45,828 nt of DNA, taken from Promethearchaeota archaeon. GTDB taxonomy: Archaea > Asgardarchaeota > Lokiarchaeia > Sigyniarchaeales > SOKP01. Positions 10,595-20,920 of the stretch are shown here, piece by piece; positions within the stretch are counted from its first letter, which is position 1; each line of letters begins with the position of its first letter. Location of the stretch: assembly GCA_011364925.1 (NCBI GenBank), contig RDOA01000027.1:1-45828 (forward strand). The letters are read 5' to 3'. The position numbers and the translations under genes are program-made. Below the pieces are notes generated by a model. It worked only from the letters and a program-made list of their open reading frames with translations. It did not search any database and was not told the DNA's origin.

Positions 10595-11089
10595 TCTTAA
10601 ATTATTAATGGCATAATAGTGTTATAAACCATTTATTGGAATCAAGAAATCTAATTGTCCTAATATACAATTTAAGCAATAAATTACGCACTAATTTGAT
10701 TTTTATCATCCCTTTTTGAAAGCTTTTAAAACCCATTAAAAGGGATAAGACGCTATTTTTTGATAAGTATCAGTAAATGACCTTTTATGTTCTCATATTA
10801 CGCATAAATACAAACGAAAACATTTATAAATAAAGTTGATTTTATGTGATTTCAAATAAAGCAATTTACTCAAATAAAAAAAAGTAAAATCTATTAGATA
10901 TTCCGATTAAATCCATAATAATGTTAACCAATTTACAAGATTTCAATATTGAGTTTACAAAAAACTTTGTTAAATTATATACCTATAAAGATGGAACATT
11001 TCGGAATAAGATCTATTTCAACTCTTTTATTTTGAACTATTTTAATAACTACTAAAGTGAAATGATAAATAAATCGAGCATGCGAAGAA

Positions 11090-13039
11090 ATGAATACTCA
11101 GACTGAAAATAAGATTGGAAAAAATGTCGATTTAAAAAAGAAGGAAAATGAGAATGGTCTATGCCTTGGACCTATAACCAACTTAGAAGAATATGTTAAA
11201 AAAGACTGGTGGAAAAGACTTTTTAATTCCTATTACCTGAAAACCGATGGGGATGTTGTTGAAGATAAAAAAATAACATCATATGAAGCTGATTTGTTTT
11301 CAAGAATATTAAATTTAAATACCGAACATCGTATTTTGGATCTTTGTTGTGGTCAAGGACGCCATTCGATTGAGTTAGCAAAAAGAGGATATAATGATAT
11401 TGAAGGATTAGATCGTTCAAGGTATTTAATACAGAAAGCAAGAAGCACAGCGAAAAAAGAGGCTGTAGTATGCAAATTTCGTGAAGGAGACGCTAGAAAA
11501 TTACCATATTCTCCTGATACTTTTGATTTTATTATGATCTTAGGGAATAGTTTTGGATATTTTGAAGCGATAGATGATGATTTTAAAGTATTAAAAGAAG
11601 CTTTTCGTACTCTTAGACCATGGGGGAAAATTCTAATTGATATTACAGACGGCGAATACGTAAGAAATAATTTTCAGGAGCGTTCATGGGAATGGATTAA
11701 TAAAGAATATTTCGTATGCCGCGAAAGATCTCTGTCTTTAGATAAACAAAGATTAATTTCACGGGAAGTAATCACTCATGTTAATAAGGGAGTTCTCGTA
11801 GATCAATTTTATGGGGAGAGATTATATTCCCAAAATCAAATTTTAGACCTATTAGAAAAAGCAGGTTTTAGTGAAGTAACATTTCATGGGTTTATCAAAC
11901 CCGAATCTCAACGTGATCAAGATTTGGGAATGATGGAAAGAAGGCTTTTGGTAAGTGGTGTCGTAAAAAAAGAGTGGACATCTGTTAAGAAAAAAGCTGT
12001 TCCATCAGACAAAAATATCGTGGTAATTCTAGGAGATCCTAATAAACCAGATTTGCTTAAGCCGCTTACAATCTTTGATGATGATGATCTTTTCACCATT
12101 GATCAGTTGAAAGCAGCTTTAAAAAAGGTTGAGGGATATAATTTTATTTTTTTAGATGAACATGACACTCTAATCCAAGAATTACAAAAATTAAAACATA
12201 AAATTGACTTTGTTTTTAATTTATGCGATGAGGGTTATTACAACGTACCAAGAAATGAGTTACATGTTCCGGCTTTATTAGAGGTACTTAAAATTCCTTA
12301 TTCTGGTTCCGGTCCACAAAGTCTTGCTTTCTGCTACGATAAATCATTAGTAAGAGGTATCGCCAAAGAGTTAGAAATTCCTGTTTCAGAGGCAATTTAC
12401 ATTAAACCCGAGGATAAAATCATTGACTTACCATTATATTTCCCAGCTATAGTTAAACCTAATTTCGGAGATTCTAGTTTTGGTATAACTCAAAAGAGCG
12501 TGGTCAACAATGGAGAAGAACTTCTTAACGCTATAAACGAAATAAGAGAGAAATTTGGGTATGACAAGCCAATTTTAATTGAACAATTCCTCACTGGAAA
12601 GGATCTAACATTAGGAATTATTGGTAACCCTCCTGATAATTATAAAGTTCTCCCAATTATCGAAGAGGATTATTCTGCTTTACCAAATGAATTGCCTAAG
12701 ATATGTGGATATGAAGCTAAATGGTTACCAGATTCACCTTATTGGAATATCACATCAATACTCGCTGAAATTCCAGAAGAAACAAGACTATTTATTGAAT
12801 CTTGTTCCTTAAAATTATTCGAACGGTTAGAATGTAATGACTATGTAAGATTTGATTGGAGACTGGATGGTGAAGGAAATCCAAAACTACTAGAAGTAAA
12901 TCCAAATCCCGGATGGTGTTGGGATGGACACCTAGCCAAAATGGCTAAATTTGCAGATATATCCTATAAAGAGATGTTAAAGATGATTATTGATGCTGTA
13001 GAACGACGTTTAGATATTTCAAAAGAAAAATCAAACTAA
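11090..13039 (+). CDS. Class I SAM methyltransferase fused to a D-Ala-D-Ala-ligase-like ATP-grasp domain
   Basis: ILDLCCGQGRH motif I; C-half PYSGS, DKSL, VKP..GDSSFGI, RFDWR, LEVNPNPG. Confidence 0.85.
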   Translation: MNTQTENKIGKNVDLKKKENENGLCLGPITNLEEYVKKDWWKRLFNSYYLKTDGDVVEDKKITSYEADLFSRILNLNTEHRILDLCCGQGRHSIELAKRGYNDIEGLDRSRYLIQKARSTAKKEAVVCKFREGDARKLPYSPDTFDFIMILGNSFGYFEAIDDDFKVLKEAFRTLRPWGKILIDITDGEYVRNNFQERSWEWINKEYFVCRERSLSLDKQRLISREVITHVNKGVLVDQFYGERLYSQNQILDLLEKAGFSEVTFHGFIKPESQRDQDLGMMERRLLVSGVVKKEWTSVKKKAVPSDKNIVVILGDPNKPDLLKPLTIFDDDDLFTIDQLKAALKKVEGYNFIFLDEHDTLIQELQKLKHKIDFVFNLCDEGYYNVPRNELHVPALLEVLKIPYSGSGPQSLAFCYDKSLVRGIAKELEIPVSEAIYIKPEDKIIDLPLYFPAIVKPNFGDSSFGITQKSVVNNGEELLNAINEIREKFGYDKPILIEQFLTGKDLTLGIIGNPPDNYKVLPIIEEDYSALPNELPKICGYEAKWLPDSPYWNITSILAEIPEETRLFIESCSLKLFERLECNDYVRFDWRLDGEGNPKLLEVNPNPGWCWDGHLAKMAKFADISYKEMLKMIIDAVERRLDISKEKSN

Positions 13040-13051
13040 CTGCTACTTAAT

Positions 13052-14344
13052 ATGGATCTTTTACTTCTTATAACCATTTTTATAATTTTTTTTATAATTC
13101 TAATTAGTTATTCTATAAAAGATTTAGATTTTGTAGCTATTTCATTTATTGGTTGCTTAATCGCGGGTACGATAACTGGATTAAGTAAAGGCTTAAACAT
13201 TTTTGATTTTATCAATTACATTGAATGGGAGGCCATAATAGTAATCTTATGCATGAGCATAATCACTAAAATTGCCCAAGATTCAAATATTTTAGAATTT
13301 TTAGCCGTTAAACTTTTTAAAATATCAAAAGGGAGCAGAACAATATTTTTTTATTTGATTTGCATTATAACAACACTTTTAGCATCGATTATCAGTGATG
13401 CAGTAGTAGTTCTGATATTAGCTCCAGTAGTAATCAGACTTTGTCGCTTCTTACAGATAAAAGCTGGTACATATTTACTTGGAATAACTATTTGTATTAA
13501 TATTGGTTCAATTATAACACCGTTTTCGAGTGGAGAAAACATAATTATTTCCACCCAATTTGGGCTTGACACATTATATTTTATACAGTATTACTGGATC
13601 TTTTCTTTTTTCTTATTATTTGTTACGGCCTTTTTAATAGATAGATTACTCTTACGTAAAGAGCCTGTTATTGATGACTTTAATAAAAAAAAGGTATTAG
13701 ATTTAATAAATGCTGATGTAATGATTTCTAATAAAAAGATGTTCTATTTTAACAGTGTAGCAATAATTATTACAGTTGTGTTATTTGCGGTTTTACCGTT
13801 GCTTTACTTAACAGCGGCATTTTCAGCATTCATCCTAATTTTAGTTAATAAAAAGTTCACACGTAAGAAAACTGGTGAATTTTTTGTAGATATTGAATGG
13901 GAAATTATCTTTTTCTTTATATCTTTATATGTTGTAATTGGGTGTCTCTTAGAAGCTGGTTTTAATGATCTATTTAGCGGGATACCCTTTTATTTATTAA
14001 CTCCTCTTCTTCTAAGTTTATCTATTCTGATCATAGTTAGCTTAATTTCTGGTTTTGTAGCAAACACTCCGACTGCATTGGTTTTTATTCCCATTATTAG
14101 CTTATTACTTAAGGACTTTCCTTCGGTTCCCTTATTCTTTGCATTTATCATTGGAATAAATATTGGGGGTAATTTAATTCCCCAAGGAGCTGCATGTGAT
14201 ATGATAACTCTCAAAATTGCTCAAAAGAACAATGTTGAAAACCTTAGTTATAAAAGATTATTAAAGGTAGGTGGATCCATGGCAATCGTTCATATAATCC
14301 TCTCGATAGGATACTTATCAATTTTAACATTATTTTATGGCTAA
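13052..14344 (+). CDS. ArsB/NhaD/SLC13 (IT superfamily) transporter
   Basis: NIGSIITP, SGFVANTP and NIGGNLIPQGA motifs; about 11-12 TMs. Confidence 0.8.
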   Translation: MDLLLLITIFIIFFIILISYSIKDLDFVAISFIGCLIAGTITGLSKGLNIFDFINYIEWEAIIVILCMSIITKIAQDSNILEFLAVKLFKISKGSRTIFFYLICIITTLLASIISDAVVVLILAPVVIRLCRFLQIKAGTYLLGITICINIGSIITPFSSGENIIISTQFGLDTLYFIQYYWIFSFFLLFVTAFLIDRLLLRKEPVIDDFNKKKVLDLINADVMISNKKMFYFNSVAIIITVVLFAVLPLLYLTAAFSAFILILVNKKFTRKKTGEFFVDIEWEIIFFFISLYVVIGCLLEAGFNDLFSGIPFYLLTPLLLSLSILIIVSLISGFVANTPTALVFIPIISLLLKDFPSVPLFFAFIIGINIGGNLIPQGAACDMITLKIAQKNNVENLSYKRLLKVGGSMAIVHIILSIGYLSILTLFYG

Positions 14345-14391
14345 TTAGCGGAAAGATTCATTCTAAGAGTATCTTTATAATTAGATAATAA

Positions 14392-15156
14392 TTAGGAATG
14401 CTTATTCATTCTTTTTTTAGCCACATATTCTTTAAATTTTCTCTCTCTTTCAAGATCGTCTAGATCAAACTCAACCTTAAAAGTGGGTTTTATTAATTTA
14501 TTAAAAATGAAGGGAACTAATCCAATGAACAAGAGATATAATCCTAAGATAGCATAAATTATTAGACTGAAGTTAGCATAATCTAAAGCATCAAAAGGGA
14601 TGATAAAATCAACAAAATACTCCGTAGTTTCGTTATATACTACAGTATCATTTTTCATTACAAAATGATATGTCACCTTTCCTGTTGAATTGCACACATC
14701 TCCTTTTTTCATCATATAACCCGAATTAAAGTAAATATTTGAGATGGGATTTTTATAAGACTCAGAATCATGTTCAATTACTCTTAAGTTTTTTAGATGC
14801 AATTGCCATCTAAAAGAGAATCCTATTGTTTCTATGTTTTCGCTAGCAATCATAGAAATAGAAGTATAAACCATATACCCAAACATTACATCTCCGGTTT
14901 GGACATCCTTGAAAGCTGTTCGAACGATATCAAGTTCTACAAGAATCCCCGCAGATTCGTTTCTATAATCATTTATATAGGTCTTTTCAGCATGAAAATA
15001 ACCTATATGGAATGTTTGCTCAACTTTAGTAGTATCAAACCAAAAAGGGATATATGGAAGTAATAATGAAATTGTTATAAGAGTTAAAAAAATGTAAGCT
15101 CTATTTCTTTTTTTAAAACCCGCATTTATTTTATCTACAATTTCTTTATCGTTCAA
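14392..15156 (-). CDS. Hypothetical protein, two TMs flanking a probable extracellular domain
   Basis: N- and C-terminal hydrophobic helices, several N-x-S/T sequons between them. Confidence 0.6.
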   Translation of the reverse strand: MNDKEIVDKINAGFKKRNRAYIFLTLITISLLLPYIPFWFDTTKVEQTFHIGYFHAEKTYINDYRNESAGILVELDIVRTAFKDVQTGDVMFGYMVYTSISMIASENIETIGFSFRWQLHLKNLRVIEHDSESYKNPISNIYFNSGYMMKKGDVCNSTGKVTYHFVMKNDTVVYNETTEYFVDFIIPFDALDYANFSLIIYAILGLYLLFIGLVPFIFNKLIKPTFKVEFDLDDLERERKFKEYVAKKRMNKHS

Positions 15157-15429
15157 CTTTTTTACCCAGAAACAGGGTTTACTGCTTCCTTAAATTTAAT
15201 ATGCATGAAAACTCATCTAAACTTAAAAACATTTCTTCAAGTTTCATCTTTAGGCTCTTGGTCATTTTCTAAACTCGGAAAAATAAAGTTAAGTTCGATT
15301 TTGACACCCTTTTTTAAAGAACTTGAGTTCTTCTGAGACTAATTATATTTAGGAATTATTAAATATATCAAGAACATTCTATTGATTAGTTGTTATTTTG
15401 AAAACTTTATTTTGTTGAGATGAGATTTA

Positions 15430-16221
15430 ATGGATTATGAAGATATATTGTTTGAAAAGAAAGATGGAATTGCTAGGATAACCATCAATCGTCCTCAACG
15501 TTATAACGCTTGTACGCAACAGACCGTCCATGAACTGATTGACGCGTTTAATCGATGTATGGAAGATGAAATAGGTGTTGTTGTGTTTACTGGTGCTGGA
15601 GAAAAGGCATTTTGCACAGGAGGAGATCAGACCACCCGTGAAAAAGGAGGCTACAAAGGAGGTTACATGCTACCATTAGAGGTGGGCTGGCAACATGTGA
15701 CTCGATTAATTCGTACTTTACCCAAACCTGTCATCGCTCGAGTAAATGGATACGCGATTGGGGGAGGTCATGTGTGGCATGTTGCATGTGATCTAAGTAT
15801 TGCTGCAGAACACGCTCAACTTGGACAAGCAGGTCCCCGTGTTGGCTCATTTGATCCTGGATATGGAACGGGAGATCTAATGCGTGCTGTTGGAGTAAAA
15901 CGAGCGAAAGAGATATGGTTTCTTTGTCGTAGATATACTGCTCAACAAGCTCTAAATATGGGTTTAGTTAATGCAGTAGTACCATACGAAAAATTAGATG
16001 AAGAAGTTGAAAAATGGTGCCAAGAAATATTAGAAAAAAGCCCGACTGCTTTGAAGATGTTGAAATTTGCGTTCCTCGCCGAATCAGATGGGACGCACGG
16101 TATTACACAATTAGGTGTTGGAGGGTTGTCTCTCTATTATGGTACTGAAGAAGCTGTGGAAGGTAAAGATGCGTTTGTAGAAAAACGCAAAGCAGATTTT
16201 ATGAAATTTAGGAAGAAGTGA
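15430..16221 (+). CDS. MenB/BadI-like crotonase-family enzyme
   Basis: FCTGGDQ, GYAIGGGH, GPRVGSFD motifs of the MenB/BadI subfamily. Confidence 0.85.
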   Translation: MDYEDILFEKKDGIARITINRPQRYNACTQQTVHELIDAFNRCMEDEIGVVVFTGAGEKAFCTGGDQTTREKGGYKGGYMLPLEVGWQHVTRLIRTLPKPVIARVNGYAIGGGHVWHVACDLSIAAEHAQLGQAGPRVGSFDPGYGTGDLMRAVGVKRAKEIWFLCRRYTAQQALNMGLVNAVVPYEKLDEEVEKWCQEILEKSPTALKMLKFAFLAESDGTHGITQLGVGGLSLYYGTEEAVEGKDAFVEKRKADFMKFRKK

Positions 16222-16228
16222 GGAGATA

Positions 16229-17080
16229 ATGGAAATCAAAAATGTATGCGTAATTGGTGCTGGAGTGATGGGCTCAGGAATCGCACAGTTAGCTTCAATA
16301 TATGGATATCAAGTAAATTTAGTCGATATTAATGAAAACATTCTAGAAAAGGCGAAGAGCAGTATCGAAAAGAACTTGAATAGATTTTTCGTGGCAAAAG
16401 GAAAAATCTCCGATAATGAAGCGGAAGAAATTCTTAATAGAATCCGATTAGTAGCGGAAAGAGAAGACGCGATAACGGATGTTCAAATCGTAATTGAAGC
16501 TGTCTTTGAGGATATGGATTTAAAACAGCAGCTATTTTCCGAGCTTGATGAAAAATGCGATGAGGACATCATACTAGCGTCTAATACTTCATCATTGAGT
16601 ATAACCGATATTGGAACAAAAGCAAAAAATCAAGAGAGAATAATAGGAATTCATTTCTTTAATCCTGCTCCAGTAATGAAATTAATAGAATTAATTAAAG
16701 GAAAAAACACTTCAAATGATGTTTTGGAAACCGCCATGAAATTTTCTGAAAGTTTGAATAAAACCGTTGTTACTGTAAACGATTCGCCTGGATTTATAAC
16801 AACTAGACTAATTTATGTTTTATGCAACGAGGCAATAAACATGAAGAAAGAGGGTATTGCGAGCACTGAAGATATTGATACTGCGGTAAAATTAGCTTTT
16901 AACTTTCCAATGGGACCGTTGGAACTGTCTGATTTAGTAGGTAATGACATTTATCTTCACATTGGAGAATATTTGGCCAAAGAACTGGGAGAACATTATC
17001 AACCAAGTCCATTATTAACGAAAATGGTCAAAGACAATTATTTTGGTCGAAAAACAAATAAGGGATTCTATAATTATTAA
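16229..17080 (+). CDS. 3-hydroxyacyl-CoA dehydrogenase
   Basis: GAGVMGSGIA, IEAVFE, SNTSS, HFFNP, PMGP motifs. Confidence 0.92.
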   Translation: MEIKNVCVIGAGVMGSGIAQLASIYGYQVNLVDINENILEKAKSSIEKNLNRFFVAKGKISDNEAEEILNRIRLVAEREDAITDVQIVIEAVFEDMDLKQQLFSELDEKCDEDIILASNTSSLSITDIGTKAKNQERIIGIHFFNPAPVMKLIELIKGKNTSNDVLETAMKFSESLNKTVVTVNDSPGFITTRLIYVLCNEAINMKKEGIASTEDIDTAVKLAFNFPMGPLELSDLVGNDIYLHIGEYLAKELGEHYQPSPLLTKMVKDNYFGRKTNKGFYNY

Positions 17081-17108
17081 AAATTTTTAAGAATTAAAAA
17101 AAAAAGGC

Positions 17109-17354
17109 TTAGAAGTATCCATAATTCCCATAATAAACATTTCTTTTCGCAACATCCGGGGAAACTAACTCTTCCAGATATTTTGCGTTATATTTTCCTT
17201 TCTTTAACAATTTTAATAACGCTTTTTTAACTGGCTTTTGTTCTTCCTGTGGTTTCGCAAGTTCAGCTTGGTCTTTTTTAAGTGGAAATTCCTCTAAAAC
17301 TACTACTTCAAATCTTAATTCCGGTTCCACTTTCTTTAAAAGCACTTGTTCCAT
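17109..17354 (-). CDS. Small hypothetical protein
   Basis: 81-aa ORF preceded by an AGGAGGT SD site. Confidence 0.6.
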   Translation of the reverse strand: MEQVLLKKVEPELRFEVVVLEEFPLKKDQAELAKPQEEQKPVKKALLKLLKKGKYNAKYLEELVSPDVAKRNVYYGNYGYF

Positions 17355-17380
17355 GATGATTTACCTCCTTTTTGTAATTT

Positions 17381-17620
17381 TTATAGATCTTTTAAGCCAA
17401 ATTTGAATTTGTCAGGATTTAAATAATAATATCCTTCCGATTTTTTCCATCTTTTAAGCGATCGATCTTTATCAACCTGCTCCAATTCTTCTTTTTCAAA
17501 GGGGAATTTTACAGGCTCAAGTTTTACCTCATCTCTGAGACTTTCCTTCAAAACTTCATATAAAGACTGATCTAACTCAAAATTGACTCTACTTTTACTT
17601 TCTACCATGTATTTCGCCAC
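17381..17620 (-). CDS. Small hypothetical protein
   Basis: 79-aa ORF co-oriented with the downstream small gene; ATG preceded by GAGGTG. Confidence 0.55.
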   Translation of the reverse strand: MAKYMVESKSRVNFELDQSLYEVLKESLRDEVKLEPVKFPFEKEELEQVDKDRSLKRWKKSEGYYYLNPDKFKFGLKDL

Positions 17621-17814
17621 CTCTCCCGATAGTTTTTCGGGTTTTCGTTAATATAAAATAGGGTAATAGTATATATTTAGTTTTTAATTGCGAACTTGAA
17701 TTGGACTTTTAAATTATGATTAAACCGTTCCAATATTTAATTATTTAAGGGGAAATAGTGAGTTTTTTTTAGGGTAGTATTTTTAATTATTGTTAATCAA
17801 TTCAATTTTAGATA

Positions 17815-17997
17815 GTGAAAATAGTGCCAAACAAGGAAATAATATGTGAAAATTGCGGAGAAAATCCCAATGGTATGATTTATGAATGTTATGAGTGTAG
17901 TAACCAAATTTGTGATAACTGTGCTAACATTTGTGACAAATGCAATGAAAGTTTCTGTGATGGTTGTTATCACGATCATATAATCGCTTGTAAATAA
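17815..17997 (+). CDS. Small Cys-rich zinc-finger protein
   Basis: 60 aa containing five CxxC pairs plus HxH. Confidence 0.6.
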   Translation: MKIVPNKEIICENCGENPNGMIYECYECSNQICDNCANICDKCNESFCDGCYHDHIIACK

Positions 17998-18402
17998 ATG
18001 ATAGGAAGTTATATTATTGTAGTTTTTTTACCGGAGAGAATAACTATTCAAGTTGGGGCTTTGGGGAATCTTGACTTCATTAGAGGATATTATTTATACG
18101 TTGGATCTGCTATGGCAAAAAAGGGCCCAAATACTTTAGAAAATAGAATTAAAAGGCATCTTTCAGAATCTAATCAAAAAAAACTCTTTTGGCATATAGA
18201 TTACTTGTTAACAAAGGGAAGTTGTAAAATTTCCAAAATATACCTAATACCTAGCACTATTCGGTTAGAGTGCACTATTTCTAACGAGATCCTAAGGGTA
18301 TCGGATAATTTCGTCAAAGATTTCGGTTCCAGTGATTGTCGATGCCCAAGTCATCTTTATTATTTCACAAAATTCACAGGGTTGGAAGAATTATCTAATT
18401 GA
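17998..18402 (+). CDS. DUF123 / GIY-YIG (Uri) nuclease family protein
   Basis: GSY..YLYVGSA, RIKRH, WHIDYL, FGSSDCRCPSHL. Confidence 0.85.
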   Translation: MIGSYIIVVFLPERITIQVGALGNLDFIRGYYLYVGSAMAKKGPNTLENRIKRHLSESNQKKLFWHIDYLLTKGSCKISKIYLIPSTIRLECTISNEILRVSDNFVKDFGSSDCRCPSHLYYFTKFTGLEELSN

Positions 18403-18829
18403 TTTTATCTCTGTCGATTACTTTCAATTCCATTATAATTCTTCCCCAACCACCGCACTTTAATCCGATGTCAACGCATCCGAGTCTTTTAAAACTCATC
18501 TCGTTAGGATCGACTCCAGCATGCATTAATTCGACCGCAGAATGAATTAATGTGTCAAGAACCGATAAAGCAAACATACATATTTTTTTAGGACTTAGTT
18601 TTGTAAGTAGATTACCCGTTCCATCAAAATAGATTTTGTCGCCCTTTTTGTGTTGACTATTACATCCGTGCGAATCAATAACTTCAATAACAATAGTTTT
18701 ATTCAACAAAGGTAAGGATTTTGCGAGTAAATCGAGATTATTTGGGTTATCGAGAAAAATTTTGAACTCTTCGTCTGTATATCCTAAATGTTCTTTGATA
18801 TTTTCCTTCATATCTTCGCTTAATTTCAT
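18395..18829 (-). CDS. Conserved Cys-containing hypothetical protein (TIGR04076-like)
   Basis: GCNSQHKKGD, ICMFA, GCVD pattern. Confidence 0.6.
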   Translation of the reverse strand: MKLSEDMKENIKEHLGYTDEEFKIFLDNPNNLDLLAKSLPLLNKTIVIEVIDSHGCNSQHKKGDKIYFDGTGNLLTKLSPKKICMFALSVLDTLIHSAVELMHAGVDPNEMSFKRLGCVDIGLKCGGWGRIIMELKVIDRDKIN

Positions 18830-18876
18830 GTATTTTCAACTATTTTTGTGAGAGTTTAATATTAGAAATTAGGAAG

Positions 18877-19395
18877 TTATGGAATAAAAATGGATGCTCC
18901 AAGAAAAATTAAAATTAGTGAAAGAACGCAGATTATTATAATTTCAATAATAATGCCCGATCGTTTATATGTTCTCTGAGGAAGCCAAAAAAATAGCTTT
19001 TTTCTTGACCAATCAACCATTCGATGGAAGTAATAATTATCCCCCCATTTAGATTCTGGATTCTTGGATTTTCTCTTCTTTTGAATAGGTCGTAGTATAA
19101 ACCAGTCCCAAAGATCAATAACATTAGCGAATAACAAGCTTAACCAATATGGAAGAAGGAAAATAATTGTTGAGAGGATGGATAAAGCATATATGATGTA
19201 ATGCCATATGAGCCAAAACTTATCATCTTTTCGAGCTTCAGGCGTATGGTAGGTAATGACCGAGAAATCATCAACTAAGATATGAGATATAAAGGCTAGG
19301 ATAATTGTGAATATGATATTCCAAGGAAATAGTAAGAAAGCAAAGCATAAAATTTGAATTATTACCGCAACAAGGTTGTGGGTTATTGTCTCCAA
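18877..19395 (-). CDS. Membrane protein, possible metal-dependent hydrolase
   Basis: N-terminal TH and SHILVD motifs among TM helices. Confidence 0.5.
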   Translation of the reverse strand: METITHNLVAVIIQILCFAFLLFPWNIIFTIILAFISHILVDDFSVITYHTPEARKDDKFWLIWHYIIYALSILSTIIFLLPYWLSLLFANVIDLWDWFILRPIQKKRKSKNPESKWGDNYYFHRMVDWSRKKLFFWLPQRTYKRSGIIIEIIIICVLSLILIFLGASIFIP

Positions 19396-19527
19396 CGTAA
19401 TCTTTACTTATTTTATTAAATTATAATCTGTATTTATTTGAATTATCTCAAATTCTTAAAATTTTTTAACTTTGCAATTCATTTTAACATAACAAATTCA
19501 AACTTAAAATTTTTGATGTGATTTGAA

Positions 19528-20472
19528 ATGGGAATGTTAGATGGAAAAAATGCCATCATAACTGGCGCTGGTCGAGGCTTAGGGAGAGAAGAAGCGTTAC
19601 TTATGGCAAAGGAAGGGTGTAATTTACTGATTAATGATCTAGGCGCAGGATTTGATGGTAAAGGGGCAGAAGCTAAAGTAGCTGACCTTGTTGCTGAGGA
19701 ATGTAGAAAATTAGGAGTTAAAGCAATTAGTAATTATGATTCAGTTACCGATTTTAATAAAACGAAAGCAATGATTGATCAAGCAGTGTCCGAATTTGGT
19801 AGACTCGATATTGTAGTGAATAACGCAGGCATCCTTAGAGATCGTATGCTTTTTAACATGAGTGAAGAGGAATTTGATGATATTATAGCTGTTCACTTAA
19901 AGGGCACATTTAATATGACTCGACACGCAGCAGCTTATTTTAGAGAAGCGGGGAAAGCTGATCCTGGCTTAAAAAATTTTGGACGCGTAATTAATACCGC
20001 TTCTGATGCTGGACTTTTGGGAAATATGGGACAGACTAATTATGGAGCCGCAAAGGCAGGAATTGCTGCATTCACAGTAATTTCCTCTATGGAATTGAAA
20101 AAGTATGCTACAGTAAACTGTGTTGTTCCCGTTGCGAGAACGAGACTTACAACTGATGCGACCCCAACCATGATTGATGTAATGAATAAACTGGATGAAT
20201 CAGGTTTTGATGTTTTTGATCCCGCTAATGTTGCTCCTATGGTTGTATTCTTGGCTTCAGAAGAAGCAAAGAAAATTTCTGGAGAAGTATTTCGTGTTGT
20301 TGGCGATCGAGTTTTCCTCTTTCAAGGTTGGCATACGCATAACCAAATAAATAATGGGGGTAAGCCCTTTACGCCACAAATTTTAGCTGAGAGAGTTAAA
20401 TCCGAATTAATGAAGGGTGCTCCTAGGAAAGAAACATTAATGGACTCAATTGGGTCATTAATAAAAATGTAG
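19528..20472 (+). CDS. SDR oxidoreductase (MFE-2/3-hydroxyacyl-CoA DH-like)
   Basis: TGAGRGLG, NDLG, NNAGILRD, YGAAK. Confidence 0.92.
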   Translation: MGMLDGKNAIITGAGRGLGREEALLMAKEGCNLLINDLGAGFDGKGAEAKVADLVAEECRKLGVKAISNYDSVTDFNKTKAMIDQAVSEFGRLDIVVNNAGILRDRMLFNMSEEEFDDIIAVHLKGTFNMTRHAAAYFREAGKADPGLKNFGRVINTASDAGLLGNMGQTNYGAAKAGIAAFTVISSMELKKYATVNCVVPVARTRLTTDATPTMIDVMNKLDESGFDVFDPANVAPMVVFLASEEAKKISGEVFRVVGDRVFLFQGWHTHNQINNGGKPFTPQILAERVKSELMKGAPRKETLMDSIGSLIKM

Positions 20473-20514
20473 TTAAAATGTCTTTCAATATCTTTAATTT
20501 TTTTTTATTATCTA

Positions 20515-20796
20515 TTATCGCTGTAATTTGTTAACGATTTCTTGAAATACATGATAAATAATTAGGATAACTTTATCGAAATCTTCATCTGATAATTCGG
20601 TGTCATTATTTTTTAGAGTATTTAAGATATAATTTAACTTGTTCAATGCGTTCTTAAGGCTTTTAGTTTCCTCAGTTATAGACGCCTTCTTCAATTCACT
20701 TTTTAAAAAGATAATTTCACTTAGAAGTAAATTTACTAATTTCTCTCTTCTTGGTTCAAATAAGTCCGAATACTGCCACTTTGTTACTTTACTCAT
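20515..20796 (-). CDS. Hypothetical helical protein
   Basis: 93-aa ORF with upstream GGAGG. Confidence 0.55.
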   Translation of the reverse strand: MSKVTKWQYSDLFEPRREKLVNLLLSEIIFLKSELKKASITEETKSLKNALNKLNYILNTLKNNDTELSDEDFDKVILIIYHVFQEIVNKLQR

Positions 20797-20920
20797 AACT
20801 TTTCCACGACCTCCATGGTTCTTACTAAAATGAATTGAAAAGGATATTAAACTCTTAAAGAGTCCAATTTTTGCACTTTTCTAACTTTATGTATATATAA
20901 ATAAAGAGGAAAGGATAAAA

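Noticed and set aside
10573-10746. SECIS element
   Set aside because: No in-frame TGA in the adjacent Fe-S gene and no convincing consensus
17797-17979. 60-aa minus-strand ORF
   Set aside because: Antisense shadow of the Cys-rich plus-strand gene
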